Below are positions 7,871-15,364 of a stretch of 32,000 bases of DNA, in pieces (the first letter of the stretch is position 1; each line of letters starts with the position of its first letter). The notes below the pieces were generated by a model. That model searched no databases. It was not told the DNA's origin and saw only the letters and a list, made by a program, of their open reading frames with translations. This stretch comes from Nanoarchaeota archaeon SCGC AAA011-G17 (GTDB lineage Archaea > Nanobdellota > Nanobdellia > SCGC-AAA011-G17). The DNA lies in the NCBI GenBank assembly GCA_000402515.1, contig AQRL01000029.1, positions 1 through 32,000 on the forward strand, written 5' to 3'. A program made the translations under genes and the position numbers.

Positions 7871-8332
7871 TCAATTTCCTCTAATTCTTTCCAATAGTCT
7901 TTCCGATAGTGGTTTTTTTACTTTATCTAATTTAAAAAAATGATAAGTATTATCCCCAAATAATGTATCTGTAAACTCTCCTTCTACCAAATGTAATCCT
8001 CTTTCTTGAGCAACATCTTTTAAATGTTTTAGTATGTTATTGTTATCTTGCTCGCTTAAATGAGAAATAAATACATCATGTTCAACCTTGGGGTATATTA
8101 CAAAAAATTGTGTAGTGTAAGGTCTTCTAAGCCCCTTTGGTTTTAATTCTCCTATTGCTACTGCAAATCTTCTTCTCCCATCAAATTTTTCCAAGTTTTG
8201 ATAAGGATTATAGAATATTTTTCCTTTCACTAAATATTCATCAAGTGTACATAAAGCATCTTTTAAATCTATATAACCTACTTTATTTTCCATTCCTTTT
8301 TCCATTAATACTGTAGTATTTTTTTCTAACAT
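7871..8332 (-). CDS. hypothetical protein (orphan)
   Basis: 153-aa ORF with an AAGGAG Shine-Dalgarno sequence upstream and a CTTAAAA TATA-like motif on the minus strand at about 8362-8376. No recognisable motif. Confidence 0.6.
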   Translation of the reverse strand: MLEKNTTVLMEKGMENKVGYIDLKDALCTLDEYLVKGKIFYNPYQNLEKFDGRRRFAVAIGELKPKGLRRPYTTQFFVIYPKVEHDVFISHLSEQDNNNILKHLKDVAQERGLHLVEGEFTDTLFGDNTYHFFKLDKVKKPLSERLLERIRGN

Positions 8333-8385
8333 TTTATTTCTCCTTAATTATTTAGCTAATACTTTTAAGTTTTTCATCTCGACCC

Positions 8386-8496
8386 TGCGGGTCTTGAACA
8401 ACTTGTACCCGACCAGACTCATACGAGCCAAGTAGATAGTCAAGCCTGGCATCCAGCCCAACCTACCCGTAGCGATAGAGCCTCCTGAGACCTGAT
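8386..8496 (+). ncRNA. candidate structured RNA in a GC-rich island; 5S-rRNA-like 5' half; strand and identity tentative
   Basis: G+C content is far above the surrounding intergenic DNA. A closing helix pairs 8388-8396 with 8486-8494. Nested helices pair 8393-8397 with 8440-8444 and 8401-8405 with 8429-8433. The ordered plus-strand anchors TGCGGGTC..ACCCGA..GACTCAT.CGA..AAG..TCAAGCC resemble archaeal 5S helix I and loop C. The 3' domain does not fit a canonical 5S. Confidence 0.3.
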
Positions 8497-9092
8497 TGAC
8501 TATCTGAAGTCAATACACCTACACCTTCTTCAGATGAAACTAATTCTTTTCCATTAAAGCTTACTTTTCCATCATGGCTTAAGTAAGGTGCTTCTCTTGC
8601 TTTTGTAAAATCTGTTCCTATAAATATAAATCCATAATTATTGTCTGCTTTTTCTACTCCTAAGCCAGAAACTACCAATGGAAACTTGCTTTTCTTTCCA
8701 ACAATCCCTAAGACTATTTTCCTTAAATCTTCATTAGAACCTTCAGAACCTTCTTTAGGAAAGATTACAACGCTGTTCGTATCTGCATAGGTTGAATCTC
8801 TTTCTGGTATTGCATTCCAGTATTGAACAACTTCTACATCACTTAAAACATGGGTATGTGGAAATATTTCCCTCAAAATTTGAGCATAGCTTTGAATTCT
8901 TGGAATATTTGAAAAAGAAAGTGGCTGTCTTTTTTTATAACTATTTTTATCTTCTATATTTTTTACTCCTCTGAATTTTTCATTATGCAATGCCAGAACT
9001 TCTTGTCCTAAATCATTATAAACTAAATTTCCTATTATTGGAACTAATTTTGGATCCACAATTGGATTTCCTTCAATTGAATAATCTGTCAT
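8463..9092 (-). CDS. hypothetical protein (orphan)
   Basis: ORF of 214 aa from the ATG at 9107. I prefer the second ATG (9092, MTDYS...) because GGGGGA lies 7 nt upstream of it. The last 12 or so codons (SGLRRLYRYG) run into the GC-rich element. Confidence 0.6.
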   Translation of the reverse strand: MTDYSIEGNPIVDPKLVPIIGNLVYNDLGQEVLALHNEKFRGVKNIEDKNSYKKRQPLSFSNIPRIQSYAQILREIFPHTHVLSDVEVVQYWNAIPERDSTYADTNSVVIFPKEGSEGSNEDLRKIVLGIVGKKSKFPLVVSGLGVEKADNNYGFIFIGTDFTKAREAPYLSHDGKVSFNGKELVSSEEGVGVLTSDSQSGLRRLYRYG

Positions 9093-9145
9093 GTTTATTT
9101 CCCCCATGTAAGCATTATTTTATAGAAATTAGGGCGTTTTGCTTA

Positions 9146-9158
9146 TTTATAAAGCTTT
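9146..9158 (-). promoter_or_regulatory. candidate BRE/TATA promoter of the minus-strand cassette (aaagctttataaa on the minus strand)
   Basis: The reverse complement of 9146-9158 matches the recurrent promoter-like motif. It lies about 40-55 nt upstream of the cassette's first ATGs (9107 and 9092). Confidence 0.35.
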
Positions 9159-9222
9159 CGATTAGTTATTTCTTTTGAGTAGTTACATAACTGATATAAG
9201 TTAGTTATTAGAATTTTAAAGC

Positions 9223-9714
9223 ATGATTGAAAGAACGTTAATATTAGTAAAGCCGGATGGAGTAAAGAGAGGATTAATTGGAGAGGTTCTAAAAAGGTTT
9301 GAGCAGAGAGGATTAAAGATAATCGGCTTGAAATTGGTCTGGATTGATGGTAAATTTGCCAAGAGGCATTATACAGAGGATATTGGTAAAAAACACGGGA
9401 TGGATGTTTGGAAAAGATTATTGGATTACATCAAAGAAGGACCAGTAATTGCTGCTGTCTTGGAGGGAGTAAGCGCTATTGAGAATGTCAGAAAAATATG
9501 CGGGAATACTTATCCTCATGAGGCACTGCCTGGAACCATCAGGGGAGATTACTGCCATATAAGCAAGCATTATGCCAATGAGAATAAAAAGAATGTAAAG
9601 AATATTGTCCATGCTTCCGGAAACAAAGAGGATGCTAAAAAAGAAATTAAGTTATGGTTCTCTGACTCGGAATTAGTTGAGTATAAGCTAAGCCATGAAG
9701 ATGAATTAAGATAG
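9223..9714 (+). CDS. ndk: nucleoside diphosphate kinase
   Basis: ERTLILVKPDGVKRGLIGEVLKRFEQRGLKIIGLK, GTIRGDY and the NIVHASG active-site His motif. Confidence 0.93.
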   Translation: MIERTLILVKPDGVKRGLIGEVLKRFEQRGLKIIGLKLVWIDGKFAKRHYTEDIGKKHGMDVWKRLLDYIKEGPVIAAVLEGVSAIENVRKICGNTYPHEALPGTIRGDYCHISKHYANENKKNVKNIVHASGNKEDAKKEIKLWFSDSELVEYKLSHEDELR

Positions 9715-9749
9715 AAATCTTTATAATCAGGTAATATTTAACAAATAAA

Positions 9750-9914
9750 ATGGAAGACTATGAATCATCATGGGAAAATAGGTTTATGAGTGATGCAGAA
9801 GCATATCGGTGTTATGGCAAAGATGTTTGTGGATATTATGGGGGATTACCCAGAAAAGAAGATGATCTTAGTACAGAAATGCCTGATTGGATGTTTGCAA
9901 AAGAACAATTTTAA
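9750..9914 (+). CDS. small hypothetical protein (54 aa)
   Basis: Hand-translated ORF MEDYESSWENRFMSDAEAYRCYGKDVCGYYGGLPRKEDDLSTEMPDWMFAKEQF, in the ndk-infB spacer. No recognisable motif. Confidence 0.3.
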   Translation: MEDYESSWENRFMSDAEAYRCYGKDVCGYYGGLPRKEDDLSTEMPDWMFAKEQF

Positions 9915-9948
9915 TTTATTTTCTTAGAATAATATTTTAGTTTATCCA

Positions 9949-9962
9949 AAAGGCTTAAAAAT
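9949..9962 (+). promoter_or_regulatory. candidate BRE/TATA promoter of infB (aaaggcttaaaaat)
   Basis: The 14-mer is identical to 19899-19912. It lies 30 nt upstream of the infB ATG. Confidence 0.35.
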
Positions 9963-9991
9963 TGGTTTTCTCGTTATTATTTTGAGTTAAA

Positions 9992-12900
9992 ATGGAAAAG
10001 ATAAGAAGCCTAATCTGTACTGTAATCGGTCATGTTGACCATGGAAAATGTGTACATGCAAACACACTGATCCCTCTATTAGATGGAAGAATAAAAAAAA
10101 TAGAGAATTTATGGGAAGAATTATCCAAGAAAAATGATATAAAGAGGATAAATGGAGGAGAATACATTGATTTAAAAGATTTGTCATTATTCTCATTTAA
10201 TGCATCAGATAAGTGTTTAACTACAAAAAATCCACAGATATTATGTAAGTTAAAATCCCCAAAAGAGCTTATAAAATGTAAAACAACCCTGAATACAGAG
10301 ATAACTGTTACTCCTGAGCATCCTTTTTTTGTATTAGATGGTTTGGAAATCAAAGAAAAGAGAGCTGATGAATTGAAAGAGGGAGAGGGGGTTTTATATT
10401 CCAGGCATTTAAATGGAAAGAAGCTATCTCACTCGGAAATTGTTGATTATATATTCAATAAAATAAAAGAAGATAGTTTGTTTGTGTGCAAACCTGATAA
10501 GATTTTATTGAAAAGAATAAATGAAAGTTCAAAAAACTACAAAATTATTGATATAGAAAAGGAAATCCCTAGTCTATATTTCAGATATTCTTTTAAAAAA
10601 GAGATATTTAGATTAAGACATTTAGTTAAATTATGTGGTTTGCTCGGTATAAAAGAAATTTATAATCACATAGAGCTAATAAAACAAAGTTCACTAAAAC
10701 AAAGAGCAGGTCATACAAGTAAATGGATAAAATTACCCAAATCTGAACAAGAATTAAAAGATCTTTTTTATTTGGTTGGGTTGCTTACCGGAGATGGGCT
10801 TTCTAGAGGAGAGAAATTATTTAATGAGGATGATGAAGTGCTTGAAAAATGTTCTTTAGTTTTAAAAAATATGGGAGTAGATAGTATAATAAGGCAGGGA
10901 AGAACTTGCAGAGAGGTATATCATAAAGGCGGAGAAACATTTTATTATTTTTTAAATAAAATTTTTGATTTCCCACAACATAAGAAAAGCTATACTATTG
11001 GGATTCCTGAAGTTGTTCAGTTAGCTGATGAAAAATTTAGCGGAGAATATTTATCAGGTTATTTTGATACAGATGGTTATAGTGATGTAAAACAAGGGCA
11101 GATTGCTATAACGACTGCAAGTAAAAATATGGCAGAAAAATTACCATTGCTTTTGCTTTATTTCGGTTGTTTGCCTTATTACAGAGAAAAAAAGGCGAAT
11201 AATGGTAAGAATTATCATGAATTTATTATAGCAGGTAAAAAAAGTTTAAATAATTTTAATAAAAAAATAGGTTTTAAATTAAAAAGAAAACAAGAAAATT
11301 TAAGTTTAATTCTAAAAAAATCAGTTTCAAATAGAAAGTTAGATATTTTTCCATGGAATTATAGAGAGATTAAAGAGCTGAGAGTTAGTTTGGGTTTGAG
11401 TAAAACGGAGTTGAATATCCCTTATTGGGGCAGGTATGAAAAGGATCAAAATCTTACATTAGAGGTATTAAAGAGATTTATACAAAAAGTTAATGAAAGT
11501 AAAGATAAATTAGAAAATAAAATTAAAGAAAATATTAAAATATTACAGAATTTAGATGACAAAAAAATCCATTATAATAATTTAATAAGTTTGGTTAATG
11601 ACGGTTTGATTGATAAAAATGGAAAAGGCTTGTTTATAACTAATTTCGGAAAAGCAATGTTAAGAAAATGGGAACTTATATTGAAAAATTCTTCTGGATA
11701 CATAAACAAAATATTAAGTTTTGATAAATTTACAAATACAGATTTATGTTTTGTAAAAATAAAAAATATAGAGAAGGTTCTTTCTGATAGTGAATGGGTA
11801 TATGATTTTACTGAAAACGACACAAAAACCTTTGTTGCAAATGGTTTTATTGTTCATAATACCACAATTTTAGACCAGATTAGAGGGACTGCTGTTGCTG
11901 CATGCGAGGCAGGGGCTATTACTCAGTGCATCTCGTGCACAAAAATTTCCTTTGATATTATTTCTGAGATTACAAAAAATGCTATTGACATAAAAAAGAT
12001 CAAGATTCCTGGCTTATTATTTTTAGATACTCCGGGGCATGCTGCCTTCAATAACCTAAGAAGAAGGGGAGGAAATCTAGCTGATATTGCTATCCTTGTT
12101 GTTGATATTAATGAAGGGGTTAAACAGCAGACTTTAGAGTGTATTGATATTTTAAAAAAATATAAGACCCCATTTATTATTGCCTTAAATAAAATAGATT
12201 TACTGTCTGGCTGGAGAACTGGAAAAGACGGATTGCTAAAAAGCATTAACAGCCAGGGTGAAAACACCAAAGAATTACTTGACAAGAAATTATATAATAT
12301 TGTTGGAAAGCTGAGCGAGTTTGGATTAAATTCTGAGAGATTTGACCGGGTTGATGACTTTACAAAGCAGATAGCTATGGTGCCTGTCAGCGCCAAAACC
12401 AAAGAGGGATTGCCGGAATTATTGGCTGTTTTAACAGGACTAGCACAGAAATTCCTTGAAAACAAATTAAAGATTGATGCAAATAAAGAGGGAAGGGGGG
12501 TTATACTTGAGGTAGAGGAAGAACAGGGGATTGGGGTTACATTAAATGTTGTTTTGTATGACGGAATGATAAAAGAAAAAGACCAGATTGTTATTGGCGG
12601 GATAGAGGAAGCTATTGTTACCAAAGTAAAGGCATTATATGAGCCTGGCGGAAGAAAGTGCAAGGAGTTAATTGATGTTAAAGAGGTTACAGCTGCTGCT
12701 GGTGTAAAAATATTTGCTCCTGGAATCAGCGGTGTTGTTTCTGGCATGCCATTAAGGGTTGCAAATAAAGATGTTGAAAGAGTAAAGAAAGAGATTCAGG
12801 AAGAGATTAATGAAGTATTAATTGAAACTGATAATGAGGGGATTATTGTCAAAGCAGACAGCTTAGGAAGTTTAGAGGCATTAATCGGGCTGCTAAAAGA

Positions 12901-13528
12901 AAAAAATATTCTGATTAAAAAAGCAAATATCGGGGATATCAATAAAAAAGATATTAGTGCTGCAAGTGCTGAGGAAATTCCATGGAACAGGCTTGTTGTC
13001 GGATTCAATGTCAAGGTTAAGGACAAAGGGGATGTCAAAATTATTAATCATAACATTATCTACAAGATTGTTGATGAGCTGGAAAAATGGCAGAATGGAG
13101 AAAAGAGAAGATCAGAGGATGAAAAATTAAAGTCTGTAAGGAGGCCATTCAAACTTATGGTTTTAACCGGCTGTGTTTTCAGACAGAGCAATCCTGCTGT
13201 TGTTGGTGTTGAGGTTCTTGCAGGAACTTTAAAGACGGGCAGGGATGTTTTAAATGAAAATGGAAAAAAGATTTCTGAAGTTAAGAGCATACAACTAGAG
13301 GGAGAAAATATCAATGAGATTGAAAAAGGCAAACAGGTTGCTGTTTCTCTGCCGGGTGCAACTGTCGGCAGAAATCTATTTGAGAATAAAGTGCTTTATT
13401 CTGATATTCATGAGAATGATTTTAGAAAGATAAAGGAATTGAAAAGGTTTTTAAAGGGTGATGAAGTGGAGTTGTTAAAGGAAATAGCTATGATAAAGAG
13501 AAAAAATAATCCTATGTGGGGGATATAA
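9992..13528 (+). CDS. infB: translation initiation factor aIF5B (IF-2), intein-containing precursor
   Basis: The exteins read VIGHVDHGK | TTILDQIRGT...DTPGHAAF...NKID. The spliced length would be 574 aa, which is normal for aIF5B. Confidence 0.95.
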   Translation: MEKIRSLICTVIGHVDHGKCVHANTLIPLLDGRIKKIENLWEELSKKNDIKRINGGEYIDLKDLSLFSFNASDKCLTTKNPQILCKLKSPKELIKCKTTLNTEITVTPEHPFFVLDGLEIKEKRADELKEGEGVLYSRHLNGKKLSHSEIVDYIFNKIKEDSLFVCKPDKILLKRINESSKNYKIIDIEKEIPSLYFRYSFKKEIFRLRHLVKLCGLLGIKEIYNHIELIKQSSLKQRAGHTSKWIKLPKSEQELKDLFYLVGLLTGDGLSRGEKLFNEDDEVLEKCSLVLKNMGVDSIIRQGRTCREVYHKGGETFYYFLNKIFDFPQHKKSYTIGIPEVVQLADEKFSGEYLSGYFDTDGYSDVKQGQIAITTASKNMAEKLPLLLLYFGCLPYYREKKANNGKNYHEFIIAGKKSLNNFNKKIGFKLKRKQENLSLILKKSVSNRKLDIFPWNYREIKELRVSLGLSKTELNIPYWGRYEKDQNLTLEVLKRFIQKVNESKDKLENKIKENIKILQNLDDKKIHYNNLISLVNDGLIDKNGKGLFITNFGKAMLRKWELILKNSSGYINKILSFDKFTNTDLCFVKIKNIEKVLSDSEWVYDFTENDTKTFVANGFIVHNTTILDQIRGTAVAACEAGAITQCISCTKISFDIISEITKNAIDIKKIKIPGLLFLDTPGHAAFNNLRRRGGNLADIAILVVDINEGVKQQTLECIDILKKYKTPFIIALNKIDLLSGWRTGKDGLLKSINSQGENTKELLDKKLYNIVGKLSEFGLNSERFDRVDDFTKQIAMVPVSAKTKEGLPELLAVLTGLAQKFLENKLKIDANKEGRGVILEVEEEQGIGVTLNVVLYDGMIKEKDQIVIGGIEEAIVTKVKALYEPGGRKCKELIDVKEVTAAAGVKIFAPGISGVVSGMPLRVANKDVERVKKEIQEEINEVLIETDNEGIIVKADSLGSLEALIGLLKEKNILIKKANIGDINKKDISAASAEEIPWNRLVVGFNVKVKDKGDVKIINHNIIYKIVDELEKWQNGEKRRSEDEKLKSVRRPFKLMVLTGCVFRQSNPAVVGVEVLAGTLKTGRDVLNENGKKISEVKSIQLEGENINEIEKGKQVAVSLPGATVGRNLFENKVLYSDIHENDFRKIKELKRFLKGDEVELLKEIAMIKRKNNPMWGI
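10049..11860 (+). mobile_element. intein (604 aa) with a LAGLIDADG homing endonuclease domain, inserted in the aIF5B P-loop
   Basis: Starts with Cys (CVHANTLIPLLDG) directly after GHVDHGK. Has a TxxH block (TPEH), LAGLIDADG motifs LVGLLTGDGLS and LSGYFDTDGYS, and ends ...NGFIVHN followed by Thr at +1. Confidence 0.9.
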
Positions 13529-13975
13529 ATGGTTGAATTGAGAATCTGTGTCGGGGATGTAAAGAACGCAAAAACATACCAAAAGGTATTGAATGAGAAA
13601 GAAGCTGATGTTCTAAAGGGATTAAAGATTGGGGACAAGATTAAAGGTGATAATATTGGTATGAGCGGGTATGAATTAGAAATAACCGGCGGGAGTAATG
13701 ATAGCGGGTTTCCAATGAGAAAAGGAATAGAGTCAAGCGGGATGGTTAAGATTTATGCTCAAGGCGGTGTTGGGATAAGAAAAGGCAAAAAAGGGATGAT
13801 AAGCAGGAAGAGTGTTGCTGGTGCTGTTGTAGATATCAGAACAACACAGTTAAATTTAAAAGTTTTAACATATGGTAAGAAAGCAGTAGCTGAGTGCTTT
13901 GGGATAGAAGAAAAGAAAGAAGTGAAGGAAGAAAAACCAAAAGGAAAAGAAAAGGAAGAAGAAAAAAATGATTGA
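13529..13975 (+). CDS. rps6e: 30S ribosomal protein S6e
   Basis: GYELEITGGSNDSGFPMRKGI and RKSVAGAVVD are S6e hallmarks. Starts 1 nt after the infB stop. Has a Lys/Glu-rich C-terminal tail. Confidence 0.9.
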   Translation: MVELRICVGDVKNAKTYQKVLNEKEADVLKGLKIGDKIKGDNIGMSGYELEITGGSNDSGFPMRKGIESSGMVKIYAQGGVGIRKGKKGMISRKSVAGAVVDIRTTQLNLKVLTYGKKAVAECFGIEEKKEVKEEKPKGKEKEEEKND

Positions 13976-14345
13976 ACAAATTGAAAATAAAAATTACGAA
14001 CTGATAAAAAAGTCTATTGAAAATATGGGGACAGAATTTTTTGATGTAACTTACCCTCATCCAATAGAATCAGAACCTGTTTTTTCTATAAAAAAAGCAA
14101 GAAATTTTTTTTATTCTATTTATCCTTTTGTTCTTATGAACGCCGGTATTTTTGGTGGCGCTTTAGGTGCTGCGCATTTCGGAGAGAGCAAAGAAGATTT
14201 CAATAATAGATGTTGGGGTAATTGTACAAGTAACAAACTTGCGGCTATAGTTATGGTTCCATTCTATCATGTAACTCAACCGGGAGTTGAAATAGCATAT
14301 TTATCTGAAAAAAAAGGTTTAGGAAAATTAATATTTGGTTGGTAA
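13968..14345 (+). CDS. hypothetical membrane protein (orphan)
   Basis: 125-aa ORF overlapping the rps6e end by 8 nt. Hydrophobic segment YPFVLMNAGIFGGALGAAHF. Confidence 0.5.
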   Translation: MIEQIENKNYELIKKSIENMGTEFFDVTYPHPIESEPVFSIKKARNFFYSIYPFVLMNAGIFGGALGAAHFGESKEDFNNRCWGNCTSNKLAAIVMVPFYHVTQPGVEIAYLSEKKGLGKLIFGW

Positions 14346-14353
14346 ATATCAAA

Positions 14354-14653
14354 ATGTTCAATAAAAAACTGAAAACTAAAAGTGTAATTATAGGAAGAAG
14401 AAAGAGAGTTAACTGCAAGGAAGATTCTGATTTAAGAGACTGCTTTGTAGATTTATTTGATGTTAATAATCCGCATTTATGCAATAAAGCACCAAAAAAA
14501 ATCTTTGAATTTGAAGGAAAGCATAAGATTGTTATTAAAGATTTGGATGTTAATTACTTGTTATTGGGGCATGATCTTGTTATTAATGATTTAAAAGAGA
14601 TTGAGATAAAAGAAGATAAAGAGCATATCCATATTACAGGCGAGCAAAAATAA
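14354..14653 (+). CDS. hypothetical protein (orphan)
   Basis: I prefer the ATG at 14354 (MFNKKLKTK...) over the non-ATG start in the ORF track. No recognisable motif. Confidence 0.45.
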   Translation: MFNKKLKTKSVIIGRRKRVNCKEDSDLRDCFVDLFDVNNPHLCNKAPKKIFEFEGKHKIVIKDLDVNYLLLGHDLVINDLKEIEIKEDKEHIHITGEQK

Positions 14654-14662
14654 ATTTTTATA

Positions 14663-14920
14663 ATGCCTCCACAAGAATATAATTCTAGGATAATAGATTT
14701 AGTTAGAAAGATTAATGAAGAGTATGAAATATTAAAAAGGTTAGATAGAGGGAATAAACTGTTGAGTTATGCGGATTCAGGGAGGTGTAGTTTGTTTATT
14801 AAAACAGAATTTAGAGAAATATTTGGAGAGAGTAATGAAAAAAATCTTGAAGAATACTATTTCTTGCTTTTGAGTGAGAGAAAAAGAAAAGAGAGAATTC
14901 CAGAATCTAAAACAGGGTAA
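14663..14920 (+). CDS. hypothetical protein (orphan)
   Basis: 85-aa ORF, same strand, 9 nt after the previous stop. Confidence 0.45.
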   Translation: MPPQEYNSRIIDLVRKINEEYEILKRLDRGNKLLSYADSGRCSLFIKTEFREIFGESNEKNLEEYYFLLLSERKRKERIPESKTG

Positions 14921-14952
14921 TTTTTATAAGTAAGTTGTTCTTCTTTTATCTT

Positions 14953-15066
14953 ATGTCAGACTATGCAAATCCAAGTTATAGAAAAGGGAAAAATGACAAA
15001 AAGATGAAAAGAAGGTATAGAGTTTATAAAAGAGGCGGCAGAGACAGGATTAAAGAAAATTTATGA
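14953..15066 (+). CDS. very basic 37-aa micro-ORF
   Basis: Hand translation: MSDYANPSYRKGKNDKKMKRRYRVYKRGGRDRIKENL. There is no evidence beyond the open frame. Confidence 0.2.
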   Translation: MSDYANPSYRKGKNDKKMKRRYRVYKRGGRDRIKENL

Positions 15067-15119
15067 AAACATATTTAAACTAGCTTTTCTTATCATTTGT
15101 ATTAAAAAGGAGGTGAATT

Positions 15120-15287
15120 ATGGCAAAATTAACTGCATGGCTTGTCACTTTAATCGGTGTCTTGCTAATATTGCCTTTAATAGGCATAAGTCAATTAGAC
15201 GCACTGTCCAAGTGGATTATTCCATTAGCAGTCTTGGCAGTAGGTATCGGCAAGTTAATGAGAAACTATTCAGGAAAAAAGAGATAA
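15120..15287 (+). CDS. small two-TM membrane protein (55 aa)
   Basis: Hand translation: MAKLTAWLVTLIGVLLILPLIGISQLDALSKWIIPLAVLAVGIGKLMRNYSGKKR. A strong AAGGAGGTG Shine-Dalgarno sequence lies 5 nt upstream and a long T-tract follows. This is more plausible than the overlapping 69-aa track ORF 15113-15322. Confidence 0.5.
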   Translation: MAKLTAWLVTLIGVLLILPLIGISQLDALSKWIIPLAVLAVGIGKLMRNYSGKKR

Positions 15288-15296
15288 ACAAAATAA

Positions 15297-15320
15297 TTTT
15301 TTTCTTTTTATTCTTTTTTT
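15297..15320 (+). terminator. oligo-T tract, candidate archaeal terminator
   Basis: tttttttcttttttattcttttttt lies immediately after the 55-aa ORF. Confidence 0.35.
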
Positions 15321-15330
15321 GATAATGATT

Positions 15331-15342
15331 AATTTTATAAAC
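15331..15342 (+). promoter_or_regulatory. candidate TATA box for eif2g (aattttataaac)
   Basis: Ends about 23 nt upstream of the ATG at 15365, which is compatible with a leaderless or short-leader transcript. Confidence 0.3.
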
Positions 15343-15364
15343 ACTCACTTTTACTATTTTTCTT

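Noticed and set aside
8380-8500. tRNA or split-tRNA interpretation of the GC-rich element, prompted by a CUCAUAC loop resembling a Met anticodon loop and a U at the position-8 equivalent.
   Set aside because: The anticodon stem (CCAGA/GAGCC), D-stem and T-arm do not pair on either strand, and there is no GTTCRAATC-type T-loop.
6870-9222. Target-site duplications or terminal inverted repeats flanking the minus-strand cassette.
   Set aside because: I found only short AT-rich matches, such as a near-palindrome at about 9183-9195, which are not distinguishable from chance in this composition.
11923-12747. 274-aa minus-strand ORF antisense to infB. Similar antisense ORFs lie at 10030-10353, 12796-13332, 17227-17520 and 17791-18216.
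   Set aside because: They lie entirely inside strongly supported GTPase genes and have low-complexity Ser/Phe/Ile-rich translations. These are typical shadow ORFs of AT-rich coding DNA.
15113-15322. 69-aa track ORF (MNYGKINCMACHFNRC...).
   Set aside because: It has a GTG start and runs through an oligo-T tract, which gives its FFFLFFF tail. The overlapping frame from the ATG at 15120 has a strong Shine-Dalgarno sequence and encodes a clean two-TM protein that ends before the T-tract.
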